This document shows positions 48,414 to 58,918 of a stretch of DNA of 64,000 nucleotides, one piece after another. How positions within the stretch are numbered: the stretch's first letter is position 1; every line of letters begins with the position of its first letter. The position numbers and the translations under genes were made by a program. The notes below the pieces were generated by a model, which was not told the DNA's origin, made no database searches, and saw only the letters and a list, made by a program, of their open reading frames with translations. The DNA lies in the IMG/VR virus record IMGVR_UViG_2061766007_000135, one strand, 5' to 3'. The stretch comes from an uncultured virus (IMG/VR IMGVR_UViG_2061766007_000135). Its lineage: Duplodnaviria > Heunggongvirae > Uroviricota > Caudoviricetes.

Positions 48414-48969
48414 AAAAATGTGGCATCACTTGCGGACAATACAGACCCACCGCAAGTGGGCCCGATATTATTGTAATCTTGCCGGCATTAGATGGCGAGG
48501 TTTAACACATGATTTAAGTAAATATCATCCAGTAGAATTTTTTGAATCGGCACGCTATTGGACAGGTACACATTCGCCAATAGAGGAAGCTAAACAAGCT
48601 CAAGGATATTCACGTGCTTGGTTACATCATCGAGGTCGTAATCCGCATCATTGGGCTTATTGGGCAGATAATTTTAGTGAAGGATTAACTGTAGCTTGTA
48701 TGCCCGAAAATGATTTTGTCGAAATGATATGCGATTTTTTGGCTGCCGGAAAAGCATATTGTAATAAAAATTTTATTTTTGAAGCTGAGAATCAATGGTG
48801 GCAAAAGGAACGAGAAAAAGGTTGCAAAGCTATGAATGAAAAGAATAAAATTATGTGTGATATTATCTTTTCAGATTTAGCTAATGCAGAAGCTTTAGCA
48901 TATATCCAATCACCACATAAATTAATTAAATCGGGATATTTGCAAGACATTTGGAGGACAAATGCATGA
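48385..48969 (+). CDS. HD-domain protein (DUF5662-like)
   Basis: HDLSKY, AWLHH..RNPHH, EMICD. Confidence 0.75.
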   Translation: MHSVQKLTFKKMWHHLRTIQTHRKWARYYCNLAGIRWRGLTHDLSKYHPVEFFESARYWTGTHSPIEEAKQAQGYSRAWLHHRGRNPHHWAYWADNFSEGLTVACMPENDFVEMICDFLAAGKAYCNKNFIFEAENQWWQKEREKGCKAMNEKNKIMCDIIFSDLANAEALAYIQSPHKLIKSGYLQDIWRTNA

Positions 48970-49556
48970 TTGAGATTTATACAGATGGTAGCTCTACTAA
49001 ACATCGGTCCGGATGGGGCTTTGTAGCCTTTTGGGACTTAACGTGCGGTTCTCCTATCTGTGAAGCAGGACAAGAAAATGGAGCTACTAATCAACGAATG
49101 GAATTAATGGCCGCATTAAAAGCTTTAGAATGGTGGCAAGAATTTACCGATGCAAGTCAAATATATGAAGATGTAACTATTTATAGTGATAGTGCTTATT
49201 TATATAATTGTTATACAGCAAAATGGTGGGTTAATTGGGAGTGTAATGGATGGCGTAATGCACGTAATGAGCCTGTTGCAAATCAAGATTTATGGGAACA
49301 ATTAATCGTTTATTTTAAAAATCCTCAAGTTAAAATTGAAAAAGTAAAAGGACATAGTGGTCATACATATAATGAATGGGCAGATAAATTAGCTACTGGC
49401 GCATTATCGCCGTTAAATTCTAATAACTTGACCAGAGATGAAAAAAATGATAAAATAAATATAGAATTAAGTGAAATTCTTTTAGATTATTCTTTGAAGA
49501 AATATCCTGTAGACGAAATAATTAAAAGAATTAGAAAGGCGTGTAATTGTGGATAA
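48966..49556 (+). CDS. rnhA: ribonuclease HI
   Basis: IYTDGS, TNQRMEL, SDSAY, NQDLW, VKGHSG..NE.AD. Confidence 0.93.
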   Translation: MIEIYTDGSSTKHRSGWGFVAFWDLTCGSPICEAGQENGATNQRMELMAALKALEWWQEFTDASQIYEDVTIYSDSAYLYNCYTAKWWVNWECNGWRNARNEPVANQDLWEQLIVYFKNPQVKIEKVKGHSGHTYNEWADKLATGALSPLNSNNLTRDEKNDKINIELSEILLDYSLKKYPVDEIIKRIRKACNCG

Positions 49557-51927
49557 TATTATTCAGTCTCCAATAGTTGAGGAAGTAGAACAATCATTTT
49601 TGGATTATTCGCTATCAGTTATTACAGACCGAGCCATACCTGCAGTAGAAGATGGTTTAAAACCAGTTATGCGTCGCATACTTTGGTGCATGCTAGAAAG
49701 TGGATACACTAATAATAAAAATTATGTAAAATGCGCTCGACCTGTTGGTGATACGATGGGTAAATATCATCCACATGGTGATAGTTCAATATATGGCGCA
49801 CTCGTTGGAGCAAGTCAGCCTTGGAATATGCGGTATCCATTAATTGAATTTCACGGTAATAATGGTAGTCGTGATGGTGATGGCCCTGCCGCAATGCGAT
49901 ATACAGAATGTCGCTTAAGTAAAATAAGTGAGGCCACACTAAATGAAATTAAAAAAGATACCGTGGATTGGGCGCCGAACTTTGACGAAACAACCAAAGA
50001 GCCAGTGTATCTTCCAGGGCTATTCCCAAATCTCCTCTGTAATGGAACAAGTGGTATCGCCGTTGCAATGGCTTGTTCATTTGCTCCACATAACCTTGGG
50101 CAAGTTATGGATGCAGCAATCGCATACCTTAATGGAACTGCTAGAGATAGCGGAGCACTTGCGGACATTATTCAAGGGCCTGACTTTCCCACAGGGGGAC
50201 AAATTATTAATCAACGAGAGCTTCGTAGCATCTATACAACAGGTAAAGGAAGAGTAAAGCTACGTGCTGAATATAAAGTGGAAAAGAATAAAGCTGGTCA
50301 AGAGTCTCTTGTCTTCACTAGTATTCCATATAAAATTAGTAAAGAAGATCTCACAAGCACAATTGATGCATTGTGCGAAGAAGGTAAACTTTCTGGAGTG
50401 GCAGAAATTAGAGATGAAAGCAATAAAGATGGCATACGCTTTGTACTTATACCACAAAAAGGAACTAATCCTGATGTACTTGCATCCAGATTGTTTGAGT
50501 TAACTGATCTTGAAACGACTTTTAATGTAAATATGGTCGGATTGGTGGACAAAACTCCAAAACAGTTAACTCTTGTAGATTTAATTAAATATTATGTAGA
50601 ACATCAAGAAGATGTTTTACGTAGACTGAATGAACATGAATTAAGAGAACTTAATGCTAGAATTCATATTCTTGAAGGATTATGCAAAGCACTTGAAGAT
50701 ATTGATAATATTATTGCATTAATTAAAGCATCTCAGAATAAAGGAGAAGCACATAGTAATTTGATAACAAAATATCAATTTACGGCTCCGCAAGCTGATG
50801 CAATTCTTGCAATGACATTAAGTCGTTTAGCTAATATGGAAAAGTTAGCTATTGAACAAGAGAAAAGAGACAAAGAAGATCAACGAGCTTTAATTCTTGA
50901 GCGATTAAATGATGAAACTATATTTACTGCATATATCGGTGAATACTTCAATAGTTTTAAAACCAGATTTGCGGATGCTCGTTTAACTCAAATCACAAAT
51001 ATTGAAGTTACAAAAGAAGAGAAAGAAATCGCACAAATTATTCCGGAAGATGTTGTTGTAATAATTACTGAAGCTGGAAATGTAAAACGTGTACCCGCAA
51101 AGAATTTTAAAGTACAGAAACGGAATGGTAAAGGTGTTAAAACGCAAGATGATATAGTACTTACTACAATAGACACTAACACCAGAGACGTTGTCTTGGC
51201 CTTCACTAACAAAGGTAAGGTTTATAGATTAGGTGTAGATACAATTCCTGAAGGCACACAGACGACACGTGGAGTAAGTATTAACACCCTTGTTGATATG
51301 GAACCTAATGAAATTGTGGTTGCAGCAACTAATGTGGCACGTAATGAAAAAACTGGTAAATTTGTATGGTTTGTCACTCGTAATGGTTTAATTAAGAAAA
51401 CCAATATTAGTGAATATGTTGGAACAAAACGTAAAGCTGGAGTACAAGCTATTGGATTGCGCGAGGGCGATAGTATTGTTAGTGTATGGGTCAGCGAAAA
51501 TACTGATGTATTAATGTTGACCGAAAAAGGTATGAGCATTAGATTTGATGGCGCTGCGATGGGCGCCACTGGTCGAACTTCAGTTGGAGTACAAGGTATT
51601 AAACTCAATGCTGATGATGCTGTTGCCGTTGGTTTAGGCTGTACACAAGATGAACAGATTTTCATTGGATATAGTGATGGATCTGGTAAACGTTGCTTAG
51701 TGAGTGAGTTTACTAAACAGAATCGAGCAGGCAAGGGGCTAAAAGTTGGTTGTGTCGGTCAATTAGTAACAGGAGTATCACATATTACAGATGAAGATAG
51801 TTTATTCTTGAGTGGCAACACTGGTGCAATTTGTATTAAAGCAAGTGACATTGCTTTAAGTGGACGCATAGGAAGTCCTGTCAAAGTAATTAAAGGCAGT
51901 AAATTAATTACCGCAGCGAGGGTATAA
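49549..51927 (+). CDS. gyrA: type II topoisomerase subunit A
   Basis: DGLKPV, YHPHGD, AAMRYTE, GPDFPTGG, C-terminal beta-pinwheel repeats. Confidence 0.95.
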   Translation: MDNIIQSPIVEEVEQSFLDYSLSVITDRAIPAVEDGLKPVMRRILWCMLESGYTNNKNYVKCARPVGDTMGKYHPHGDSSIYGALVGASQPWNMRYPLIEFHGNNGSRDGDGPAAMRYTECRLSKISEATLNEIKKDTVDWAPNFDETTKEPVYLPGLFPNLLCNGTSGIAVAMACSFAPHNLGQVMDAAIAYLNGTARDSGALADIIQGPDFPTGGQIINQRELRSIYTTGKGRVKLRAEYKVEKNKAGQESLVFTSIPYKISKEDLTSTIDALCEEGKLSGVAEIRDESNKDGIRFVLIPQKGTNPDVLASRLFELTDLETTFNVNMVGLVDKTPKQLTLVDLIKYYVEHQEDVLRRLNEHELRELNARIHILEGLCKALEDIDNIIALIKASQNKGEAHSNLITKYQFTAPQADAILAMTLSRLANMEKLAIEQEKRDKEDQRALILERLNDETIFTAYIGEYFNSFKTRFADARLTQITNIEVTKEEKEIAQIIPEDVVVIITEAGNVKRVPAKNFKVQKRNGKGVKTQDDIVLTTIDTNTRDVVLAFTNKGKVYRLGVDTIPEGTQTTRGVSINTLVDMEPNEIVVAATNVARNEKTGKFVWFVTRNGLIKKTNISEYVGTKRKAGVQAIGLREGDSIVSVWVSENTDVLMLTEKGMSIRFDGAAMGATGRTSVGVQGIKLNADDAVAVGLGCTQDEQIFIGYSDGSGKRCLVSEFTKQNRAGKGLKVGCVGQLVTGVSHITDEDSLFLSGNTGAICIKASDIALSGRIGSPVKVIKGSKLITAARV

Positions 51928-51930
51928 TAT

Positions 51931-52602
51931 ATGGACCATACAAGACGAATGCAATTAATGTCTAATCCCATTTATCATCGAGTAAATCAATGCATACATA
52001 AAATTTTAAAGGAACAAGGTACTGCTGGTTTGCAAATGATTAATTTAATACCTGCATTAAGTACATATAATGTATTAGATAGTTTAGAACCACCAGTACA
52101 AAAAATCTATAATGATAAATGTAAATTGTTAGGATATTATGGTATGCTACAAGCTGATTTACCAATTGTAACTAAAGCGCAAGTATTAATTGATTATTAT
52201 TATGATAGCGAATATACACATTATAATAAACAATCAATGTCGGTAAAAACACCAATTAAAAATAACCTGACAACATCTATTGATTCCAACATACATTATA
52301 TTTATTTAATTTATCATATAAATACTATACAATATCCTACTAAAAAATATGTTGGCCGTACAATTGATGTTATTCGTCGTATGAATGAAGAGCATTTTAA
52401 TCCTAAATACTGGGATCGGTCACCTAATAAATTATTATATTGGAATATGCGTTTAGATGGTGTTGACCAATATGCTTACAAGATATTAGAAATATGTCAT
52501 AGCGAACAGCAAGCCAAAGAACGAGAAAATTATTGGATAGAAAAATTACATACTCTATCTAAATATGGTGGTTTCAATGAAAGAAAAGAAATTGCCGCAT
52601 AA
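51931..52602 (+). CDS. GIY-YIG family nuclease
   Basis: YIYLI...YVGRT..R...ERENYWI..GFN. Confidence 0.75.
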   Translation: MDHTRRMQLMSNPIYHRVNQCIHKILKEQGTAGLQMINLIPALSTYNVLDSLEPPVQKIYNDKCKLLGYYGMLQADLPIVTKAQVLIDYYYDSEYTHYNKQSMSVKTPIKNNLTTSIDSNIHYIYLIYHINTIQYPTKKYVGRTIDVIRRMNEEHFNPKYWDRSPNKLLYWNMRLDGVDQYAYKILEICHSEQQAKERENYWIEKLHTLSKYGGFNERKEIAA

Positions 52603-52630
52603 ATAATGTGTATATTGAGGACTTTAAAAA

Positions 52631-53776
52631 ATGAGTAATATTCTTTGCATTGAACCTATGAAAATAAATAAAATTCCAGAGGGAAAAGAAGATCTCTTTC
52701 CCTCTATTTGCGCATCAGGTCAATATTTTGCACAGTTAAAGAAAGATGGATATTGGTATCAATATGAAAAACAAGAAGATCAAGCTTATTTATGGTCACG
52801 CACCACATCTAAAGTTACCGGCATTTTGGCTGAAAAAGGTGCATGCGTCCCACATATTATGGAGACACTTAATCTATTGCCTGCGGGCACCGTAGTTATT
52901 GGAGAAATATATTATCCAGGAAAACGATCCAAAGATGTTACACCTATCATGGGGTCGCTCCCAGAAAAAGCAATAGAGCGTCAAACTAATGAGTATGGAT
53001 GGCTCCATTATTATATGCACGACATCATCTACTACAATGGAGTAAATTTGATGAATTATGGCGCTTGGGTGCGCTATAAAATTTTAGAAGCAATTTGGCA
53101 CAAATATAATTTAAATCAAAATCCATATTTGGAATTGGCGGCAATAGTTGAAGATAATATTCAAGAAGCTGTATCTGCGGCCCTAGCTGCTGGAGAAGAA
53201 GGAATGGTTCTTAAAAAAAGAACTGCTCCATATACTCCAGGTAAACGTCCAGTGTGGGATACAATTAAAATTAAAAAAACTGATACTTGTGATGCTATTA
53301 TAATTGGTACGTTTCCAGCGACTAAATACTATGATGGAAAATTAGATGTAAAAGAAAATTGTCAAGGACAAGACGCTTCAGAATGGCCCTATTGGATTAT
53401 TGAAAGAACTAGTGATATATGGACTCAAAATATTAAATGGGAAGACTGGGAGAAAGAACCAATAGGAAAGCCCACAGTAATAAGAGGCATTAATTATCGC
53501 ACAATGCCAGTAACTAAAGCCTATTATAATGGCTGGGATACCGCTATTGAAATTGGAGCATATGACGATAAAGGTAATATTGTTTCCATTGGCAGTGTTA
53601 GTTCCGGGCTTAGTGATAATGATAAGATGCATTTAAAGACTTATATCGGACGCGTTGCTGAATTAGCTGGGATGGAAAAGGATCGAAATGCACATACATT
53701 ACGGCATTTCCATTTCCTTAGATTACGCGAAGATAAAGACCCGTCTGAATGTTCGATTAATTCGATATTTGGTTGA
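52631..53776 (+). CDS. ATP-dependent DNA ligase
   Basis: KKDG, IGEIY, HDI, EGMVLK, KIKK, VSSG, FLRLREDK. Confidence 0.9.
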   Translation: MSNILCIEPMKINKIPEGKEDLFPSICASGQYFAQLKKDGYWYQYEKQEDQAYLWSRTTSKVTGILAEKGACVPHIMETLNLLPAGTVVIGEIYYPGKRSKDVTPIMGSLPEKAIERQTNEYGWLHYYMHDIIYYNGVNLMNYGAWVRYKILEAIWHKYNLNQNPYLELAAIVEDNIQEAVSAALAAGEEGMVLKKRTAPYTPGKRPVWDTIKIKKTDTCDAIIIGTFPATKYYDGKLDVKENCQGQDASEWPYWIIERTSDIWTQNIKWEDWEKEPIGKPTVIRGINYRTMPVTKAYYNGWDTAIEIGAYDDKGNIVSIGSVSSGLSDNDKMHLKTYIGRVAELAGMEKDRNAHTLRHFHFLRLREDKDPSECSINSIFG

Positions 53777-53835
53777 TTTTTCTAAAAAAAAATTATATAA
53801 TATGTACGTAAGATAAAGAAAGGAACTTCTTACAA

Positions 53836-54036
53836 ATGACTAAGAAACAGTTGAAGCAACTTGCTCGTACTTTGGCAGATTGTGAAATAATTATCCAGAC
53901 TAGTACTGATCAAAGCGCTCGTTCATTAGCGGAAAAGAAAGTAATGAAGTTACAAGAGTCTGCTAATTTGTCACTGGATGAAATGGTTGCTCTCGATGAA
54001 CTTATCAAAACGTATTTAAGTGAAAAAAATATTTGA
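53836..54036 (+). CDS. hypothetical protein
   Basis: Promoter and SD. Confidence 0.6.
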   Translation: MTKKQLKQLARTLADCEIIIQTSTDQSARSLAEKKVMKLQESANLSLDEMVALDELIKTYLSEKNI

Positions 54037-54150
54037 TCTCTTAAAAAAATTTTGATATAATACTTTCAGATAATAACTGAGGTAAGACCCTTAGATTATT
54101 ATAAGAAAAATAATATGTAGAAGCTCTATGGAGCAAAAGGAGAATTAATT

Positions 54151-54429
54151 ATGGCTGCTATGAAGGAAAATACTAAGAAGGTTATTACGTATTTGCAGGG
54201 TCTCAACCCAACTGAGAATGTAACTGCCGCTGATGTGGCTGATGAGCTTGGTCTTGAAAAGCGTTCCGTTGATGGTATCTTTACTAGTGCTATTCAGCGC
54301 AAGAGTCTTGGCGAGCGTGTTGAGGCTGAGATTGAGCTTGAGGATGGTACTCATAAGAAGGTTAAGTTCCTTAAGCTTACTGATGCAGGCCGTGCGATTG
54401 ATGTTAACGCCGATCCCGATGCTGAGTAA
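54151..54429 (+). CDS. small winged-helix DNA-binding protein
   Basis: TAADVADELGLEKRSVDG...LTDAG. Confidence 0.8.
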   Translation: MAAMKENTKKVITYLQGLNPTENVTAADVADELGLEKRSVDGIFTSAIQRKSLGERVEAEIELEDGTHKKVKFLKLTDAGRAIDVNADPDAE

Positions 54430-54504
54430 GTAATTTAAATTCACATAATAAAAGGGAATTGGTATAATGCTAATTCCCTTTTTATACTAATTGGAGTGGA
54501 ACCT

Positions 54505-55479
54505 ATGGAAACTACAATTTTAATATTTATTTGTATTTTATTGGGTTTATTAATTCTTATTTATATAGCAGGATAGAAATTAATACATTTAAAATAGAAT
54601 ATACAAAAAAGTAATGAAAAATTAGATGCTATTAAATATGAAGAAAACGAACGACAAAAAGATCTATGTATTGTTAAAGATATAATTGCAGATAATAAAA
54701 AACAAGTATAGCAATTAGAAAATTGTAAACAAGAGCTAAATAACGATATTGCCGCACAAGTAGATAATGTTGAACGACTCAAATCTTCTTTTGAATCAAT
54801 TGAAGAAGAATTTAAAAAGAAATATATGAGTGAACGTAAACAGTGGATGGATGAACGGCAAGCCGAATATCTAAAAATGCAAGAGGATTTCGTAACTCAA
54901 TTTCGTGAAAATAATAGACGTAAATTAGATGCGGCGAATGAATTAAATGCTACTCTTGAACAATTAAGACATACTGTAGATGCAGCAACAGAAATAGCTA
55001 AACAACATGCAGAAGAAGAAAATTTTGCATTATATCATTCTCTACAATTAGCTGATAATGCTAAAAATGATATAACTATGTTAGAAAATGTTTTACCATC
55101 TGTAAGTGCCGAAGCTGCTTTAGCTATTGCTAAAGTTATTTGGAAAGTTTATTATGAAAAACCATATACTGATTTAGTAGGTCGTTTACTAGGAAATACA
55201 GTCCATACAGGCATTTATCGTATTGTAAATACTAAAACAAAAATGTGCTATATAGGACAGGCAGTTGATATAAGTGATCGTTGGAAGCAACATATAAAAA
55301 GAGCATTAGGTGCAGAACCTCGAACTCAAAATAAATTATATCCAGCAATGATAAAAGATGGTTTAGAAAATTTTACATTTGAAGTTGTTGAAGAATGTGC
55401 AAGGGAGAAGTTAAATGAACGAGAAGATTATTGGCAAGAATTTTATCACGCAAAATCCTACGGATATTCAATTAAATAA
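54505..55479 (+). CDS. membrane-anchored coiled-coil protein with C-terminal GIY-YIG domain, TAG-recoded (3 TAG)
   Basis: N-terminal TM helix joins ORF 54826-55479 through TAG readthrough; GIYRI..YIGQA..RWKQH. Confidence 0.75.
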
Positions 55480-55806
55480 AATTCCTACTGAATGGGTAAA
55501 TGAAGAAGCTATAAAGGATATGACAACTCCTATCCCTACTCAATGGACTATACCAACAAATCCTTTGATTTATAAAAATGAACCATATAGTCCAGATCTA
55601 TATGCTGAAGAATTTTTAAAAGAATATTTACAAGGATTAAATTATTTACGTTTAGATTTTTTAAAAACAAAAAATATGGATCTTTATTATTTACTTCAAG
55701 AATTGCTACCTGTAGGTATATATGCTGACCGCTATCCTGATTTAGTTGACGAAAGTGAAAAAATTTGATATAATAATAACAGAAAATGAGGAAAGGATTA
55801 TATGAG

Positions 55807-56172
55807 ATGACTAAACAGCAAGAGTTCCTTAATTTCTGGGATTATCTCACTAAAGAATTGGCAGGCCCCGTTGAAGTGCCGGAGAATGTCAAGGCATATG
55901 TTGATGCACTTCGAAATGTTGATAACATTGAGAAACCTGCATTTACTGAAAATGGGGGAATGATTCTTCACTATTTGCAAACTCAGCCGCCTCAGATGTA
56001 TAAGGCACGTGATATTGCAGAAGGTATGGGAATTACTTCTAAAGCAGTTTCTGGTGCTATGCGTAAACTTGTAACTGACGGTTATGTTGAAAAGGTTGGT
56101 AAAGACCCCGTAGTTTACATGATTACAGAAAAAGGTAAAAATGTTCAATTTGATGAAGGAGAAAATGAGTAA
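55807..56172 (+). CDS. winged-helix DNA-binding protein
   Basis: KARDIAEGMGITSKAVSGAMRKLVTDGYVEK. Confidence 0.8.
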   Translation: MTKQQEFLNFWDYLTKELAGPVEVPENVKAYVDALRNVDNIEKPAFTENGGMILHYLQTQPPQMYKARDIAEGMGITSKAVSGAMRKLVTDGYVEKVGKDPVVYMITEKGKNVQFDEGENE

Positions 56173-57107
56173 TGAAAAAGAATTTGATTAATGAGACACA
56201 TATTGAGGGTTATCTTTACGACCACAAATTGGAACTGAAAGTTTCTGGTACTCAGTCTAAGAATCCTGGTACAGAATTTATTGCTGGTACAATTAGCGTG
56301 GCCACCGATAATAAAATGGAAAATGTGGTAACTATTCATTTTACTTATGTTACTGCAACTACCGCTAAAGGTAATGCAAATGCAACGTTTACTGCATTAA
56401 ACAAGATTATTAACGAGAATCCTACGGTGCTTAATGTGGGCGCAGAAAAAGCTGTCATTGTTCGTTGTGATTCAGCAGTAGCACTGAATGAATGGTTCCG
56501 TGAACTAACAGATGAAAAGCCACAGTCAGTTACTCGTAATGAAGGTGGTTTTGTACATATTGTAACACAGATGAATGAAAATGAGAAGCAGCGTAATACT
56601 TTTAAGACCGACATTGTTATCGCCAATGTTAAAGATATTGACGCAGATCCTGAGAAGAACACCGAAGCATATGTTAAGGTTCGTGGCGCAATTTTTGATT
56701 TCAAGAAGGCTCTTCTTCCTGTTGAATTTGTTGCCCGTAGTAAGGGTGCAATGTCCTATTTCCAGAATTTGGATGTAAGCGCTAAGCATCCAGTATTTAC
56801 TTGTGTGTGGGGTCATCAGCAGAATCAGACAGTGGTAACTCGGACTGTTACTGAATCTGCTTTTGGTGAGGATGAAGTACGTGAACGTCAGACTACCACT
56901 CGTGAATTTGTAATTACTGGCGCAAGTAAAACTCCTTATATTTGGGATGATGAGGATTATATCACTGCCGCAGAATTTTCTCAGGCAATTAGTGATCGTG
57001 AACTCTATCTTGCTTCAATTAAGAAGCGTCAGGAAGAGTATCAGGCTTCTAAGGCTGGCGGTTCTGCAGCAGCAGTTTCTACCGAAACAACTGGATATAA
57101 CTTCTAA
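56172..57107 (+). CDS. probable single-stranded DNA-binding protein
   Basis: OB-like NETHIEGYL pattern, position in the replication module. Confidence 0.6.
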   Translation: MKKNLINETHIEGYLYDHKLELKVSGTQSKNPGTEFIAGTISVATDNKMENVVTIHFTYVTATTAKGNANATFTALNKIINENPTVLNVGAEKAVIVRCDSAVALNEWFRELTDEKPQSVTRNEGGFVHIVTQMNENEKQRNTFKTDIVIANVKDIDADPEKNTEAYVKVRGAIFDFKKALLPVEFVARSKGAMSYFQNLDVSAKHPVFTCVWGHQQNQTVVTRTVTESAFGEDEVRERQTTTREFVITGASKTPYIWDDEDYITAAEFSQAISDRELYLASIKKRQEEYQASKAGGSAAAVSTETTGYNF

Positions 57108-57125
57108 TAAAGGAGGATACGATTT

Positions 57126-58112
57126 ATGGGCATTCTAACTAATCTTAAACCGCATGTCGTAAGTCGTGATCTCCGAGGTTATAGTGTACTTTTCTATGGT
57201 ACTCCTAAATCTGGTAAGACCACTATTGCCTCTCAGTTCCCTGGTGCAGTCATTTTCGCCTTTGAGAAGGGCTATAGTGCCCTTCCTGGCGTAATGGCGC
57301 AGCCGATCAATAGTTGGAATGAATTTCGCAGACTATTGGTTGAATTAAAAGAAGAAGAAACAAAGCAGATGTTCCAAACTATTGTTATTGATACCGTTGA
57401 TATTGCTTATGATTATTGCGCAAAGTTTATTTGTGATGATCAGGGTGTAGACACTATTGGCGATATTGATTATGGTAAAGGCTATGGTTTGGTGGAAGAT
57501 GAATTTGATTCCGCACTTAGAAAAATTATTCAGCTTGATTATGGTCTAGTTTTGATTTCACATAGTACAGAACGTACTGAAAAAGATGAACGTGGTCAAG
57601 AGTATAGTAAAATTGAACCTACTTTGGATAAACGTGGCCGTAAAATTTGTGAACGTACTTGCGATATTATTGGCTTGTCTCGTCCGGTAATGGATCCAGC
57701 TACTGGACAAATGGAAACACGTTTGTTTATGCGTGAAACTCCTCGATTTGTTGCAGGTAGTCGTTTCAAATACGTGCCCGACAGCATTAAATTTACTTAT
57801 GATAATTTGGTACAAGCTATCAGTGATGCTATTGATAAAGAAGCTAATGAACACGATAATAAGTTTGTAACCAATGAACGTAAGAATGAATATGCTGAGC
57901 ATGAGATTCAGATGCCAAAGTTTTCTGATATGAAAGCTGAAGCAGAAGTACTATTTGGAACACTTATTCAGAAAGATGCTGGTAATAAAGTCAAGATTTC
58001 TAAAATTATTCAGGAATATCTTGGTGCTGGAAAGAAGTTTTCTGATACTACTGAACTTGATGCTGAAAAAGTATGGTTGATTATTCAAGAGCTTCGAGTA
58101 CTTAATAAGTAA
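57126..58112 (+). CDS. AAA_24 / Sak4-like ATPase
   Basis: YGTPKSGKTT, IVIDT, ISH, CDII. Confidence 0.8.
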   Translation: MGILTNLKPHVVSRDLRGYSVLFYGTPKSGKTTIASQFPGAVIFAFEKGYSALPGVMAQPINSWNEFRRLLVELKEEETKQMFQTIVIDTVDIAYDYCAKFICDDQGVDTIGDIDYGKGYGLVEDEFDSALRKIIQLDYGLVLISHSTERTEKDERGQEYSKIEPTLDKRGRKICERTCDIIGLSRPVMDPATGQMETRLFMRETPRFVAGSRFKYVPDSIKFTYDNLVQAISDAIDKEANEHDNKFVTNERKNEYAEHEIQMPKFSDMKAEAEVLFGTLIQKDAGNKVKISKIIQEYLGAGKKFSDTTELDAEKVWLIIQELRVLNK

Positions 58113-58378
58113 TAAATCAAGCGAGTGTTATGACTACACTCGCTTGACATTTTTCTTTTTTTATGGTATAATATAAATAGAAATTTAGGAGAGAGGACAT
58201 AAGAAAAAGAAATGTTTTTTACGCCTTCACAAATTGGTATTATTGTTTTAGCTATTATTGCAGCAATTGTATCAATATATCAAATAAAGCAACGGCCTAA
58301 AAAAGCTTGGCCTTGGATTATTGCTTATTGGGTAGTATTAACAATAAAAAATCTTCTAGATCTGGTGGCGACCTTATA

Positions 58379-58918
58379 ATGGCTACAAAGAAGAAATTAC
58401 CTTTAGTAAAATGCCCTTATTGTAATAAGTCTTTTTCACGAGAAGTAGAAGAATTTGTACAGATTAATCAGAAGCGTTATGCGCATAAAAGTTGTTATGA
58501 TCGACACAATGCTGAATTAACGCAAGAAGAACGTGATTTGAATGTATTAAAAGAGTTTATTAAAAAATTATTTAACATCAATTCACTATCTGAAAAGATT
58601 AATCGACAAATTAAAGATTACCACGAAAATAAAAATTATTCATATAGTGGGATATATAAAAGTTTAGTTTGGTTTTATCAAATCAAAAAACACCCAATAG
58701 AGAAAGCAAATGGCGGCATTGGTATAGTGCCATATATCTATGAAGATGCTCGTAATTATTATACAGCAATGGCGATGGCGCAAGAACAGAATAAAGCTAA
58801 ACCTATTGAGCAATATCAACCGGTTGTAGTTGAAATTCATATTCCTCCGCCAGTGCGTAAACCTATGCGAACTCATAAATTTGCATTCCTAGATGAAGAT
58901 ATAAAAGAGGAGAATTAA
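58379..58918 (+). CDS. zinc-binding replication-module protein
   Basis: CPYC..HKSC; GIGIVPYIY; directly upstream of the helicase. Confidence 0.7.
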   Translation: MATKKKLPLVKCPYCNKSFSREVEEFVQINQKRYAHKSCYDRHNAELTQEERDLNVLKEFIKKLFNINSLSEKINRQIKDYHENKNYSYSGIYKSLVWFYQIKKHPIEKANGGIGIVPYIYEDARNYYTAMAMAQEQNKAKPIEQYQPVVVEIHIPPPVRKPMRTHKFAFLDEDIKEEN

